In this document: piece by piece, positions 1 to 13,479 of the stretch
Numbering within the stretch: position 1 is the stretch's first letter
Layout of the letters: every line of letters starts with the position of its first letter
Assembly: GCA_964016885.1 (NCBI GenBank)
Contig: OZ024742.1
Span: 57,474,001 to 57,538,000, forward strand
Length of the DNA stretch: 64,000 nucleotides
Origin: Eledone cirrhosa
Taxonomy: Eukaryota
Direction: 5' to 3'
The notes under the pieces: generated by a model
Database searches by the model: none
Told to the model about the DNA's origin: nothing
Seen by the model: the letters and a program-made list of their open reading frames with translations, nothing else
Program-made: the position numbers and the translations under genes

Positions 1-1484
1 ATGGGTGCCACGGGCCTATTGTTCCTGGTTGCCGCTTGTCCTGTTGCTGGTAGCCGTGGAGCCGGATTCGGAAGGAGGGGGGTTTTCTCCTTTCTCAGGG
101 TCTTCTCGTTGCAGAAGGCCCTGAGGTGAGTCTTCGATCCACAGCGAAAGCATTTCGGGCGTTTGCCCTCAACACTTATGGGCAGTTGAGTGCCGTTATC
201 GAAGTCTATCACATCCGGGATAGCTTCGATGCACTCCTGGTTGGTTTGGATTAGCATCTCAATGGAGGAGCCGACCCAATCTTCTCTTACTTTTTTCTGT
301 ACTTGCAGTACAGTTGTTTTGTCCTCGATTCCGACGAGGACAGACGCGGCCAGCCAAGAAGGGGTCATTCCGGGGGGGACGTGGGTCAGTTTGACCCTCA
401 CAATTTTTTGCCCGCAGTAGGAGGGCACCAACACCATTTCCTCGCTCCTTAGGGTCACTACTGATTGGGCCTTTGCCTCCTGGGGTGTGGCAAAAAGTAC
501 GTCTACAGTGGCATATTTTTTGCCTCGGGTGATGTGCGTTTTCCGCTGCCACACAGACCCCAAGGCTTTTTGTATTTGGGCCTCTGTGGCTCTTTCCACC
601 CTACGGGATTTTGTACTTACTGTACGGTACGTGACCGTACAGTGCTCTTGGGTTTCGAAAAATTTTTCCGCTGCCTTGCAGATTGCTCGGTGTCCGTTCT
701 TTGTCACCATCTTCTTCGCTTCCTCTAATTCCTCATTTGTTATGAGGATTGTTTCCAAGTTTTTCGCAATACCTGCAAATGAGATTGGTTTTTCTCTGCT
801 GTTGTTGTTGTCGTCAGAGCTGCTGGTACTTTTGTTGTTGCTGCAGGTACTACGACTACTGCCTCCGCCGCTGTTGCTGTGGTTGTTGTTGGTGTTGCTG
901 CTGCTAATGCTGTTGTTGTTTATGCTGCTGGTGATGCTGTTGCGGCTGCTACTGTTGTTTTCATTGTCACTGTTGCTGTTGTTATTACGGCTGCTACTGC
1001 TATTATTCCTGACGTCAGACGAATGAACTGGGTTTTCGTATTTCCCGCACACCTGTTTCGTCGCTGTCGTCGTCGTCGTGGAGAAACCTTGCACGCTTTG
1101 CACGAGACTTTTCTTTTCTTTCGTCACTTGCGAAAGAGAAGGGAGGGAGAGAGACACATTTAAAGAAGGGAGGGAGAGAGACAATCTTCTCTCTGCTGTA
1201 GTGATGATTGAGGAAGAAGAAGACGGAATGAGTGGGAGTGACGTATGAAATTTCTTTTTCGTAGCCATGTTGATTTTTTGTTTAAAATGAAATTTTGGGT
1301 ACAAAACCCCAATAACTGGTTATTTAACCCCGAAGGGCCAAATAACGGACAGAAAGACCCCTCTCACGAGGAGGAGGGTGTCTTTATCAACAATTTGGTT
1401 CAAGTTTTAAACAATTTACAATTGTTTTAACGGTTAAAAATTACTATACCTTACAGAGCCGAGCCTCCGTCAACCATGGCATTC
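1..1484 (-). mobile_element. Tx1/L1-like LINE, 5' portion (5'UTR and ORF1 with CCHC zinc knuckle); continues beyond window start
   Basis: The minus strand encodes ...KCFRCGSKTHLRAFC..., homologous to ORF1 of the copy at 32512-33339 (KCYLCGSKGHLRAFC). The 5' end abuts (AAT)n at 1485-1503. Confidence 0.85.
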
Positions 1485-1504
1485 AATAATAATAATAATA
1501 ATAA

Positions 1505-4500
1505 AACTAAGTCAGACATTCGAACACTACATTACAATGAAACTTATGCTTATTCATTTTTGGGGCCCTTTCTGCCTGTGTGTTTGTTTCTTTATGTGTG
1601 TTCGTATACAGCGTGGTGATAATGCCACACAAGGGCCAAGTGGAATGGCGGATCCACAGATGGCTATGTAACCATACATTCGCCAATCCTCGATAAGAGT
1701 GTTTAAATATCGAACATAAACAGTTCGAATAACGGTGAAATGGAGACTAGAACGTCATGTGACAGACTCTCACCCAACAGGTGCCCCCTGGCTCAGCAGC
1801 AGGAACCTGACTGTCAACCAAATACTGCTGATGTTGGAGGAAGGAGAAGAAGGAAAGGGGCCAGAACCAACTGGACGAAAGAATTGAATAGAACTGTTAT
1901 GCAATGTTACCTGAAAAGTAACCCCAAGGAGAGGGGCTACAGGAGACGGATGCATAACATCTGGAACGAGATTGGTTTATTTAAATTAGATGAACAAAAA
2001 TTGGCCGGGCAGGCTCGGGTAATAAGAACTAATGGGTGGATAAGCGAGCTGGAACTGGAGGAACTGAGCAGAGAGAATGGCTTGGAGATGGCGGGTGTAG
2101 TATGCCAGACAAGCGAGCCAGTGGGAAATGAAGGTGAAGAGGTCCTGAGAACGGAGGAACCACCCGAAGCAGACAATGATCTGAATACTGAGATAAATAA
2201 TACCTGGAACAGAGATACGGCCACTGAGGAGATGAATGCTGACGGGCTAGGACAAGATTCGGTTGACATCCTAAATTTAGTGGTAGATGAATTGAACAAT
2301 GATAGTGGGAGACCTATGAACCTAAGATTTGTAGACAGGAAAAAGTTAAAAGAAACAACAGCTAAGGTAAACAAAGTCATCCCATACCTTGAGGCGAGGA
2401 GCCTTCACCAGTGCAACAATATCCTCAAAGCAACAGCAAATACGGTGAGGAAACTACTTGGTATAAAAGCGAGAGGAAACAACAGACAAGAAAGAGCAGA
2501 GCCGTGGTGGAAGTAGCGACTGAGTGGGCAAATCGGGGAAATGAGAAATGACATAGGAAAGCTTGAGTCACTACTGAATGGGACACTAAAAAACATAGGC
2601 ACTAAAAATAGACTGGAAATAAAATACAAAACTAGGAGGAAAAAGCTAAATATTATCATAGAGGAACTGAAGCAACGCATTGTAGCAAAGAGTGCAAAAA
2701 TCAGGCGATACGAGAACAGAGTCAGTCAGTATAAACAGAACCGCATGTTCGATAACAACCAGAAGATGCTGTTTGGACAGCTTGAGGGGAAAGAAAGAGG
2801 CAACGACTTGATCCCTGGGGCGGAGCAAACTAAAACATTCTGGAGAGGAATATGGGAGCAGGATGTTAGACATAATGTCCAGGCAGGGTGGATTGAGACA
2901 GTACAGAGGGAGATCGGTGAGCAGGCACAACAACAAACTGATTTGAGTATCACAGTTGAAACTCTTAAGGGGCAGGCCAAAAAACTAACCAACTGGAAAT
3001 CACCAGGCCCAGATGGTGTGCAGGGGTATTGGATTAAACATTTAACATCCCTCCACCCGAAGCTGACGGCCATGTTCAATGACTGCTTGGTGTCGGGTAG
3101 GTGCCAGAGTGGTTGACAAAAGGTACCACAGTTCGGATAATGAAAGACCGAATCAAGGGTAATGATGTTACCAACTATAGACCTATCACATGTCTGTCCG
3201 TAATGTGGAAACTGTTGACGAGCATTGTGTCTGAGGAAATATACCATCACCTCCACACAAACAACTTGTTACCGGACTAACAGAAAGGATGCCGAAAGAA
3301 GTCACGTGGTACAAAGGACCAGTTGCTTATTGATAAGATGGTAATGGGGAATTGCAGGAGGAGGCACACTGATCTTGCCATGGGATGGATAGACTACAGA
3401 AAGGCATTTGACATGGTGCCTCATTCTTGGATCACCAAAAGCCTGGAGATCTTCAGGGTGGCAGATAACATCAGACAGTTGCTAGGCAGGAGTATGGGGT
3501 CCTGGGAGACAGAGTTGACATCAACTGGAGTATCCTTGGGAAGCGTGAAGATCAAGAGAGGTATCTTCCAGGGAGATAGCCTGTCCCCTCTGTTGTTTGT
3601 CCTTGCCCTGATGCCCTTGACCATTATGCTGCGAAAAGTGAGAGCAGGATACAAGTTGGGAAGGGGAGAGCTTACCATCAATCACCTCCTCTTCATGGAC
3701 GATCTTAAGCTCTTCGGGAAAAGTGAGAAGGAGTTGGATGTGCTTGTTGACACTGTCCGTATTTTCAGCAGTGATATATGTATGCAGTTTGGTATTGGTA
3801 AATGTGGAGTCATTGTGATGAAGAGGGGTAGGTTGAGCAGAAGTAACGGGATCCAGATACCAACAGGTGAGATGATAAAGGAAATTGACTCTGAGGAAGG
3901 ATACAAGTATTTGGGCGTTCTGGAGGCTGATGGCATAAAGAACAAAAAAATGAAGGAATTGTTAAGAACTGAATACATTCGGAGAGTAAGGAGCGTATTG
4001 AAGTCACATCTGAACAGCAGAAATGCCATAAGCGCAGTAAATTCCCGAGCTGTGTCTATTATTAGGTACAGTGCGGGAATTCTGAGATGGAATGTTGCTG
4101 AACAAAAAGAAATGGATAGGAAGACTAGGAAGCTATTGACTATCTACAACATGTTCCACAAGAGGAGTGATGTCGATAGACTCTACCTAAGGAGATCTGA
4201 GGGTGGAAGAGGTCTTATCAGCATAGAGGACTGTGTTCAGATGGAGAAAAACAACCTATACAAATACGTGACCTATAGTAAGGAGCCAATGCTCAGAGCT
4301 GTACTGAAGGAGGGGACAGTAGGCCAGGGGATACCCAAGGAGGAAATAACATCAAGGAGGAAGAGCAGCCTTAAGGGAAAATCCCTTCATAGTACCTTCT
4401 TTGAGAAAACTGAATTTAGAGATCCACAGACATGGAACTGGTTGAGAAGAGGAGACCTCAAAAAGGCTACAGAAGGAATGCTAATGGCTGCGCAGGAGCA

Positions 4501-5205
4501 GGCCCTCAAAACGAAGTGGTTGAAGCACCATATCTACAAGGAGGAGGCTAGCCCACTGTGCAGGATCTGTGGAGAGAGAGAGGAGACTGTGGCTCACATT
4601 GTGTCCGAGTGTAAACACCTAGCCCAGACCCACTATAAGGGCTGGAGACACGATGTGATGGGCAGGGTGATCCACTGGCACCTGTGCAAAGTAAACAATC
4701 TACCACATTCTGAGAAATGGTATGAGCATAGGCCAGAGGCGGTGATGGAGAACAGTCAGGTGAAGGTGCTGTGGGATTTTAGGATACAGACGGACAAAAA
4801 ACTGGAACACAATAGACCTGACCTGGTGGTTGTGGACAAAGAAAAAAGATCGTGCCTGATTGTGGATGTGGCCTGCCCGTTCGACACGAGAGTGCAAGAG
4901 AAGGAGAGGGAGAAAATTAACCGATACCAGGACCTAAAGTGGGAGGTGAAAAGGATTTGGAACTGCCATGAAGTCAAAGTGATCCCGATTGTCATAGGCG
5001 CACTGGGGACTATCTCCAAAGGTTTCCAGGGATGGTTAAAGAAAATCGGCCCCTTCACGCTTTTTGGAACGCTTCAAAAGGCATGCTTGCTTGGAACGGC
5101 AAGAACCCTCCGATACGTCCTGAATATCTGAGGCTGCAGGTAGTGGCTTGATATTCAATCCAACGGACTTTCCAGTTAACCAACATCAATGACTGAGATT
5201 CAAGG
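1505..5205 (+). mobile_element. Dong/R4-like non-LTR retrotransposon, family A copy 1, near full length, ORF disrupted
   Basis: ORF pieces 1740-2516, 2541-3116 and 3323-5131 carry RT motifs ([28 protein letters not shown]), a [18 protein letters not shown] finger and an RHD...RPDLVVVD restriction-like endonuclease. (AAT)n lies on both sides. Confidence 0.93.
1740..5131 (+). pseudogene. RT plus restriction-like endonuclease polyprotein of the Dong/R4-like element (stops at 2514 and 3278, frameshift near 3100)
   Basis: Three colinear ORF fragments reconstruct one R4-clade ORF. Confidence 0.9.
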
Positions 5206-5217
5206 AATAACAATAAC

Positions 5218-5312
<95 letters not shown>
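5206..5312 (+). repeat. (AAT)n microsatellite, tail/target of the Dong-like element
   Basis: Direct reading of the sequence. Confidence 0.97.
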
Positions 5313-5562
5313 GGGAATAGATATAAGGGAAGAAGACGCACGTGGTGGATAGAAGGTCATGAAATCGCTCCCCTAATTTTTTGATTTTTAACATATTTAA
5401 ATCAATTGTGAAATAACAATTCTTAGTACAAATGATACATAATGCACCAGACTCAAGTCTCAGAAAATTCGGATCCATAATGCCCTGTTATATCGCTCAA
5501 ATATTTAATTTTGTATTATACATTTTATATTCAAAAAAGAAAATGGTTATAAATGGAAGAAA

Positions 5563-5705
5563 ACCCCCTCTGTCTACACTATATAGAACAGCCAAATAAC
5601 AGCAATTTCAACAACACCACAAACAAGATACACCACCTATCCCATCACCCCCTCTGTGTACACTAAATACAACAGCCAGATAACGGCAATTTCACCACCA
5701 CCACC
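5563..5705 (+). repeat. Two diverged direct repeats, period about 84 bp
   Basis: accccctctgt(c/g)tacacta(t/a)ata(g/c)aacagcca... occurs at 5563 and 5647. Confidence 0.7.
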
Positions 5706-6299
5706 AATCCCAGCATAATAATAATAATTACTATTATTATTGTCTCAAGTTTTCACAAAATGTTTAATTCCAGTATTAAGGGAATATGTCAACACATATA
5801 TTAAACATACGCGACAAACGCATAGATACACAGATCAAACAAAACTACAGTCTATTCAACAAAACTCAGTAACGACAACGCCATCACTATAGTCACCGCC
5901 GCCACCACTCCATCCATCATTGCTACCACTATCCCATCACCGCCACCACCACTCCTTCATTGCTACCACCACTATTCCCCCATTACCTTCTGTTAACTTA
6001 AGAAAGGGGAAGGTGGCGGTATCACTAGACAAGGGAGAGGCTAGCAAAAGATATAAATAGATTGACTTAGTGACCCGGCCACCGGCCAAACGTCAACGAC
6101 TATGGCACTGCTGGCTCCTCCCTTCCCCACCAACAACAGAAAAAGCCCCAGCACCACCACCGACATAGCCAACAACAATAACAGGCAACTTCAGCAAAAA
6201 GTATATTATATTATTAATAATTTCTTTCTTTAGCCACGCAATGCTCACATTAAGGAACCACTCATGATAATAACAATTTAAAAAACAAAAAAGAAAACC

Positions 6300-8960
6300 C
6301 AGTTACCAAGAAATACCGGGATGGTGGCCGGCGGGGAATAACCGTGTCTCTAGGGGAGGACGACCCCTCTAGTCTTGGTTGACACTCGTCCTAGAAGTGG
6401 TAACACGAAATGATTACCCCTTGGCGGATAAGGATAAAACGCGACAAAATAAAGTAAATGTCAAATGATAAAATCTCATGCCGGATCGGCCGTCACCCGG
6501 GTCAAAAAGGGCCGCGTCCCTCAGAGAGGAACCAGACTGGGGTCGAAAAATCAGCTAATGGTTCAAACCTTCCCATTACTTCGGAGCTGGAAACCTCCCA
6601 TAACCGGAATACTCCTACTGTTGGCCCTCCATGCTCACCACCAAGAAATCCAAAGAAAAAGAGAGAAAAATGGTCAAGGGAAGATAATAAAGAAGTCCTT
6701 GAGGCTTTCTACACTGCCATGTACTACATATCAAATACATCGAATACAGAACAGACATATATCAACTGGAAAAAGAAACATCCCGAAAACAGAGGCTATA
6801 TTGACAGTAACAATCTAGCCAATATACGAAGAAATATTGTTAAAAAAAAGTTACTAACTGATATAGAAATTGATTAGATCAAGCTATTAGCACAAAGTTA
6901 GCGAAGGGAAAATGAAACATGTGTCAGTGAAAACGAGGTAAATTGTAACACTTCGAATCCCAGGGTTGGGGCGGAATCACTGACAACAGAACAAATTAAA
7001 GAAAGGATCGAAAAGGGGGAGGGAGTCATGCTCATGATGAAACACAAAATCAAAACAATGAGATCGTAAATGATAAAGAAATGAATGAGAATGAACGTGC
7101 CAACTTGAAGGATGAAATTATGATCGAATGGATGAAAATGAAAGAATCTGACATGGGGGAACGAGACACCCTCCCTAAGATCCAGAACTCCAAACAGAAC
7201 CAAAAGATAATACACAAGACTAACATAATTCTCAAAAACATTATCATCACAAACAAACTAAACATTACTGATTTAAATCATCTCTATTATGCATCGGCTA
7301 AAGTCACCACTCACTTATGTGGAGTGAAAATGAAAAAACAAAGGAATTCCCACGAGAAATCTACTTGGCAAGAGAACATCAATCGCCAAATAAACCTTCT
7401 CCGATCTGACAGAAATGTTAACAAACTACAAAGTAGGTGAACATGTTAAACAAACTAAACTTAGAAAATTGAAAAGAAAATACAGTATGAAATCAACAAG
7501 TGACATAGACATGCTGATAGAAATAATCAAGCAAAACGTGTCGGCCAAAGCTGCTCGTATAATGCGCTTTGAAAAACGATCTAGATTCTATAAGGACAAT
7601 AATATGTTCAAAAACAACCAAAGAAACATCTACAGAAAAATTGGCAAGTCAACAATAACTGCTAAATCAATACCACCCAAGAAAGAAGTGCAAGAATTCT
7701 GGGAAAAGATCTGGGCCGAAGAAAAAGTTCATAATATACATGCCCCATGGATAGACAGAGAAATGAAAGATACAGCTCACCTTGAGGAACAAATATGGGA
7801 AAATATAACAGTTGAACAGTTGCGTTTGGCTCTTAGAAAAACCAGCAAATGGAAATCCCCAGGAAAAGACAAAATATCAAATTTTTGGATAAATGCCTTC
7901 ACAGAGTCTCATGAGCTGTTAGACCAACTTTACAATGAAATAGTTAAGGAGCCAGAAAAGATACCATCATGGCTAGTTAACGGCATTACATTCCTGCTTC
8001 CGAAGAATGATGAGACAAACAATCCCAAAAATTACAGACCGATAACTTGCTTGACCACAATGTATAAAATTTTAACATCAATCCTAACTGAATATACATA
8101 TGACCACCTGATAACAAATTACCTATTTCCCAATGAGCAGAAAGGGTGTAAACGAGGCTCATATGGCTGTAAGGATAAGCTTTTGGTTAACAAAATGATA
8201 CTGGAGGATTGTCATAATAGACACAAAAATCTATCAATTGCTTGGATAGATTATAAAAAAGCATTCGATAGTTTGCCACACAGTTGGATTGAAAAATGTT
8301 TAGAGATTTTCAAAATATCTCCCGTTGTCAGGAGGTTCTTGTCATTCAGTATGAAGACATGGAAAACGACACTCCTATTGAATAGTGAAACAAAATCACT
8401 GGAAGCTGGAGAAGTTAATATTAATTGTGGAATTTTTCAGGGTGACTCTTTATCACCGCTTTTATTCTGCATCGCCCTTATACCATTAAATAAAATGCTC
8501 AATGAAACAAAACATGGATATAAAGTCTATGACAAAACCATTAATCACTTGTTCTACATGGATGACCTGAAACTATTTGCAAAAAATGATGAACAATTGC
8601 AAGGGCTATTATCCACTGTGGAACAGTTCAGTGATGACATTAAAATGGAGTTTGGACTAGATAAATGCGCCAAAGCAACGTTCACCAGAGGAAAGCTGCT
8701 GAAAAGTTCAGGCATTAATCTTGATCGGGGGAATGTGATAAGAGAACTTGATCAAAAGGAAACTTACAAATATCTAGGTGTTTGTGAAGGAGACGGAATC
8801 AAGCACTCAACAATGAGGGAAAGGATAAGGAAGGAATGTTACCGCAGAGTAAGAGCAATCTTAAGAACGGAATTGAATGCAAGGAATAGGATCGATGCCA
8901 TAAACACGCTTGCCATACCAGTAGTAACCTACAGTTACAATGTCATCAACTGGTCAAGCA
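6300..8960 (+). mobile_element. Dong/R4-like non-LTR retrotransposon, divergent family B, 3'-truncated
   Basis: ORFs 6458-6877, 7081-7440 and 7415-8977 carry [24 protein letters not shown] and FYMDD. The coding match stops at VINWS, where Tx1 sequence begins. Confidence 0.88.
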
Positions 8961-8967
8961 CAACTGG

Positions 8968-11860
8968 TCACTCATAGCGAAAACCACACAAAAGACCACG
9001 GCCACCTTGACCACCAGGGCAAGCGCCCTCTCTCAGTTTTCCCACTCCTCAGTCTACAGAGTGGGCCCGTTCGCTCGGACCAGATTCGCCACTTTCACCC
9101 ACCTTTCAACAAATTTACTAGACTAGAAGACAGCACTTGCCTTTCCACCCTGATTTTCCTCTTCAAGTGAAACTTGAAAAAGTTAATCAGGGATTGGCCG
9201 GAGAGGAAAGTGTACGTTTTCAACCCTTTCAACCTTGTCCACCACACAATCTTTTTCGTCATGGCCACCAGGCAGATGAAGATTGCTTTCCTTCCTCCTC
9301 TTTAAAGGAAGATGGCGGGGCTATCTACACAATGGACTCAGTCGATAACCGGATCCGTCCTACACGCGACAGCAACTGTTCGACATAGCTCCACAAGTCA
9401 GCAATTCTCGGGCACTGAACGAGTGCGGGCAGGACGGTTTCGTCGTCCTGCGCGCATCTCGGACAGGCTCGGCTGACGGCACCTCCGTGTCTGTAGAGCT
9501 TATCCTGAACCGGCAACGCTCCCCGGTAACAATGTCAGGCCAGGCATTTCTGGAAATTGTCCATAGGTCCCGGGCTGAAAGTTCTCTTGAATAGAGCAAA
9601 CAGCTGATCGTCTTCGACGGCCAAGGTCTCCCCAAGAACGTCGTCACTCTTCCCCTCCACTAGCCCTCTATAGAGCGCCAAGGTGGATGTTCCACCGATA
9701 TCAGTGCCCAGCTGATAGAGGGCGGTGAGCGCTTGGAGACATCCAGCTTCCAAACGCTATCCCTCTGTCTTTTTCTGATCCAGGACTGCAGCTCCGTCGG
9801 GGAGACGAGCTGGGGAAAAGCGCGTCTGGCAAACGGCGACCACACCTGTTCACCGTCAAAGAAGCACCAGAGATGTCGCAGCCTCAGCGCATGTTTGCGC
9901 ATCATTAGCCACGGCATGTCCAGTCCTCCACGCAACGGGTGCTGACAGTAGATGGATCGTTTGACCATGGGAGCACGTCCCTTCCACAAAATGCGGAAGA
10001 GAAGGCGCTCCATTTTAATCAGAGTTGGGCGGGAGCAAGGTACCACCGTCAGGCGGTAGCTAATGACAGACGCGATGTACGCATTCGCCACCTCCTCCCG
10101 ACCTTTCAGAGACAGCCTCCTCTCAGCCCATTTATGGGTGAGAGAGGCCACCCTGCTCGTCACCTCGCTCCAGTTTTTCTCCATCTGGAGGTCCTGACCG
10201 AACCAGACCCGAGCAATTTAACCGGTCCCTCCCTCTAGCGCCCCACGACGCTGTCGGACGGCATGGATTTTCCTCTCCAGGTGCTGAGTTGCAAGCCTAC
10301 CGACTTTTCCTGGTTTATCTTTGCTCCTGTCACCGCTTCGTATTCCTTGAGAGTGGGGTCGAGCATCTGGACGTGTTTGGTGCTCGACACCACCACGGTG
10401 ACGTCGTCGGTGTAAGCCGACACGGATCTTCCGCATCCCAGTTCACGAGGTACCCCTCTCATGGACTCCAATTTGTGCAGTAATGGCTCGATAGTCATTC
10501 CGTACAAGAGGGACGAGAGGGGACAACCTTGGCGGACCGAGCGCATGATGCTGAACGGCTGCGACAGGTGACCATTCACCCTCACAATCGAGCAGATGTC
10601 GCTGTGCATCGCAGCGATCCAACTTCTAAAAACGGGCCCGAATCCGGCCGCCTCGAGGACCGCAGCCAGGTACCGATGGTTGACTCTATCAAATGCTTTA
10701 GATTGATCCAAGTTGATCAGAGCCCCACCCGTTCCAGGTTCCGTAACCACCCTCTCTATGATGTATCGCGCTGAGCGGTGGTGGTGTTGGTTTTGCTACC
10801 TTCCTGCTACAGTTTCTGCTGTCATTGCAGCTACAGTTGCTGCTCCCATTTCTGCTGCTGGTTTTGATGGTTGAGCCAGTGAGGTGGGCAGGAGAGGCCG
10901 CCTTAATTTTTTATCCATCCCCTGAGGGAAGAAAGCCTTTAGGTGAGTTCCCTCGCCACAAACAACACCGCCCGCTCCACTTGGCGTGTTTTTATATTGA
11001 TCGTGCAAAATGATACAGTACAGAGGCGGCGTTGTTCCATGGTATTTGATAATGGGGATGAGGCTGACCCTGTAACCATTTTTCTTCACCATTCGCCTGG
11101 CTTCATTCAGTTCTTCCTGGCTTACCTCAATCGTTTCGTTCTTGTTCGCCGCTTTAGCAAAAGACACATTTAGTTTTGCACTGGTGTTGGTGTTGTTGTT
11201 ATTCTTATTGTTGCTGTTGTTGTTATTGTTATTGTTATTTTTGTTATTATTATTTTTTCTTTCAGTTGTTTATGTGGTTGTGGTGGTGGTGGTGGTGGTG
11301 TCAGTGGTGTTCGACGTGGGAGAATCCATTGTGGGAGAATCCATTTTGTTATCACGGGATAATTTTTTTGTGTTTCAGTTGTTGCTGTGGTGGTGGTGGT
11401 GGTGGTATCAGTGGTGTTGGATGTACTCTTCGACATTGTGGTGGTGAAGATGGTGGCAAGGGCGGGAAATCTACGTCTGCACGTGGCAAACTTTGGCAAA
11501 AGCTATTGCTACTAGCTAAATTGTTACAAGCTAAATCGTTATCGGTTTTGGCTTGTAACAAGGTTCACAATGGTGGTGGTGGTGGGAGTAGTGTGTATGT
11601 TAGAGCTACTGTCACGAGACAGCTGGCTAGATTTGGGGGAGGCGAATGCCGTCCATTTTTCTTTTTTAATTGTTTGTTTGACAAAATAAAGTTTAAATTT
11701 TGGGCTCAAGGCCCCAATATTATTGAGTATCTGAAAGCAATATATATGAACTTATAGACAGTTAACAATAAAAATTTCTCATAACTGGCAATTCAAAACT
11801 ACTGAAAACAACAAACTTTTTTGGAGCTCACGATAATACGTTTTCCTACGCAAGTCGCCA
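8968..11860 (-). mobile_element. Tx1/L1-like LINE with internal deletions and frameshifts
   Basis: Fragments match ORF2 of 22649-26068 (LDQSKAFDRV, RQGCPLS, YTDD, CPRC). The sequence jumps from RT to the ORF1 region near 10770. The 5' end ...gtcgcc abuts a degenerate (AAT)n, as at 28268. Confidence 0.88.
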
Positions 11861-12409
11861 ATAATGATAATAGTAATAATAAATAGCAAGAATTGTGAAT
11901 ATTCGTGGTTATATCAGAATAAAATCTACTCAATAAAAAATTATTCAAGCTTATAAATTTATAAATGTCATGCAACTTTATCAAGAAACGAACATTAAAA
12001 AATTGCTTTTCTCATCCAAATATATTTAAAATATTCTGCTTTTTGTTTTATTAATAGACTACTTTCTATTTTTCCATAAAAGAAACTAAGCCAACTTTAA
12101 TATAATTGAACTATGCTGTGCATTTGAAATATAGTAGCCATTTTCTGGGAAACACTGGTAGCTGAAGAGACAGATTATCGAAATGTTAATCAATGATTTG
12201 TATCGCATCAATGTCACTGTTATGTATCTCTGACCACGTCGTATGTATGTATTAGTAATTCCTGGTGATGTCGTAGTGACATACGTAGTTTCTTGGGAAC
12301 CTTTTAAACTTGGCGGAGCCTATCTCCTCTCGAGGTCAGAACACACCAGATTTCTTCCAGAGAAGTAGAGAGAGTGATAGAGATGAAGAGAAAAAGAAAT
12401 ATAGAAGAA

Positions 12410-12565
12410 TCGACCCCAGTACTAGAGTGGTACTTTTTTATCGACCTTGAAAGGATGAAAAGCAAAGTTGATTTCGGAAGCATTTGAACTCAGAGTGCTG
12501 AAAGCCGGAATGAATACGCCAAACATTCCTATCCGACGTTCTATCGACTCTGCCAATTTGTCGTC
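12410..12565 (-). mobile_element. tRNA-derived SINE-like repeat, degenerate
   Basis: The reverse complement resembles 12621-12810 and 59042-59193 (ttggcagagtcg...ctgagttcaaat...ctttcatcc...gtcgataaaa...gtaccac). Confidence 0.65.
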
Positions 12566-12620
12566 ACCAGTCCGTCATATCTTAATATTCACTATTTGTA
12601 GAAACAGCGGTGGATTGAGA

Positions 12621-12810
12621 GGGCGGTGGATTGGCAGTATTGGTAGAGTGTCGGATGCCATGCTTTGACGCATAGAGTTACGGCCCTTGCCATTCTGAGT
12701 TCAAATCCCGCCGAGGTTAACTTTGCCTTTCATCCTTACGGGGTCGATAAAATAAAGTACCAGTAATACACTGGGTAATTGCTGGCCTTGTGCCTAACGT
12801 AGAAACAACT
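12621..12810 (+). mobile_element. tRNA-derived SINE-like repeat
   Basis: A-box-like tggcagtattgg and B-box-like gagttcaaatcc. Related copies lie at 12410, 54883 and 59042. Confidence 0.75.
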
Positions 12811-12879
12811 ATTTGTAGAAACAGCTAAACACATGACTGGATTCTAGTGTAAATCATGATTGAAGCAGCATAGCCAAAA

Positions 12880-13185
12880 GGTTTAGTTCATTTCATTACC
12901 ATCGGGATTTGAGTTTTAATATTTTAGGCAAATGATTTTACAGTAGACTCAGGTCGATTCAAGCTTTGTGAATGAAATTTGTTTGATGAAAACTGTTTGA
13001 GAAGCCCGTCAGATGTACTGCATTTGTAATCCAAATGGCCAGTTTTGTCACATAAATGCTCCTGAAAATTACGTATAAGCACAAGTGCCTGGCACACTCG
13101 ACCATTTGCATACTAATTTAGCATGTGCACCGTTCTGTTGATCGAGCAACTGAAACGCAAGTCGTCGAAACCAACTGAGATCCAT
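12880..13185 (+). mobile_element. Degenerate SINE-like interspersed repeat (second family)
   Basis: Loosely similar to the reverse complement of 60115-60380 and to part of the 60816-61581 arms. Confidence 0.45.
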
Positions 13186-13479
13186 TTATTATAGCTAACA
13201 GTACTTGTTTGATTATGTTTCTACATTACATGCATATTTTACAGCTAAGCTCTACCCACAAATAGCATGCTATCATGTATATCTGGATAAGAAATATCTC
13301 TGAGCCAAAAGTATCATTAGATCCCAACTGACAAGCTAATTTATTAACACGATAGATTCTCAAAATCAACAACAATATCAGACATAGAAATATAACACTT
13401 AAAATAAGAAATGCGCAACGATTGTACAATCTACAAATACAAAGGACAAAAATATAAATAACAAAATATAAACATTAAA

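Noticed and set aside
1640-1740. Possible HDV-like ribozyme in the Dong-A 5'UTR (tcctcg loop, tcgaac/gttcga hairpin; also near 34455-34520)
   Set aside because: P1, the P1.1 GG and the catalytic C could not be placed.
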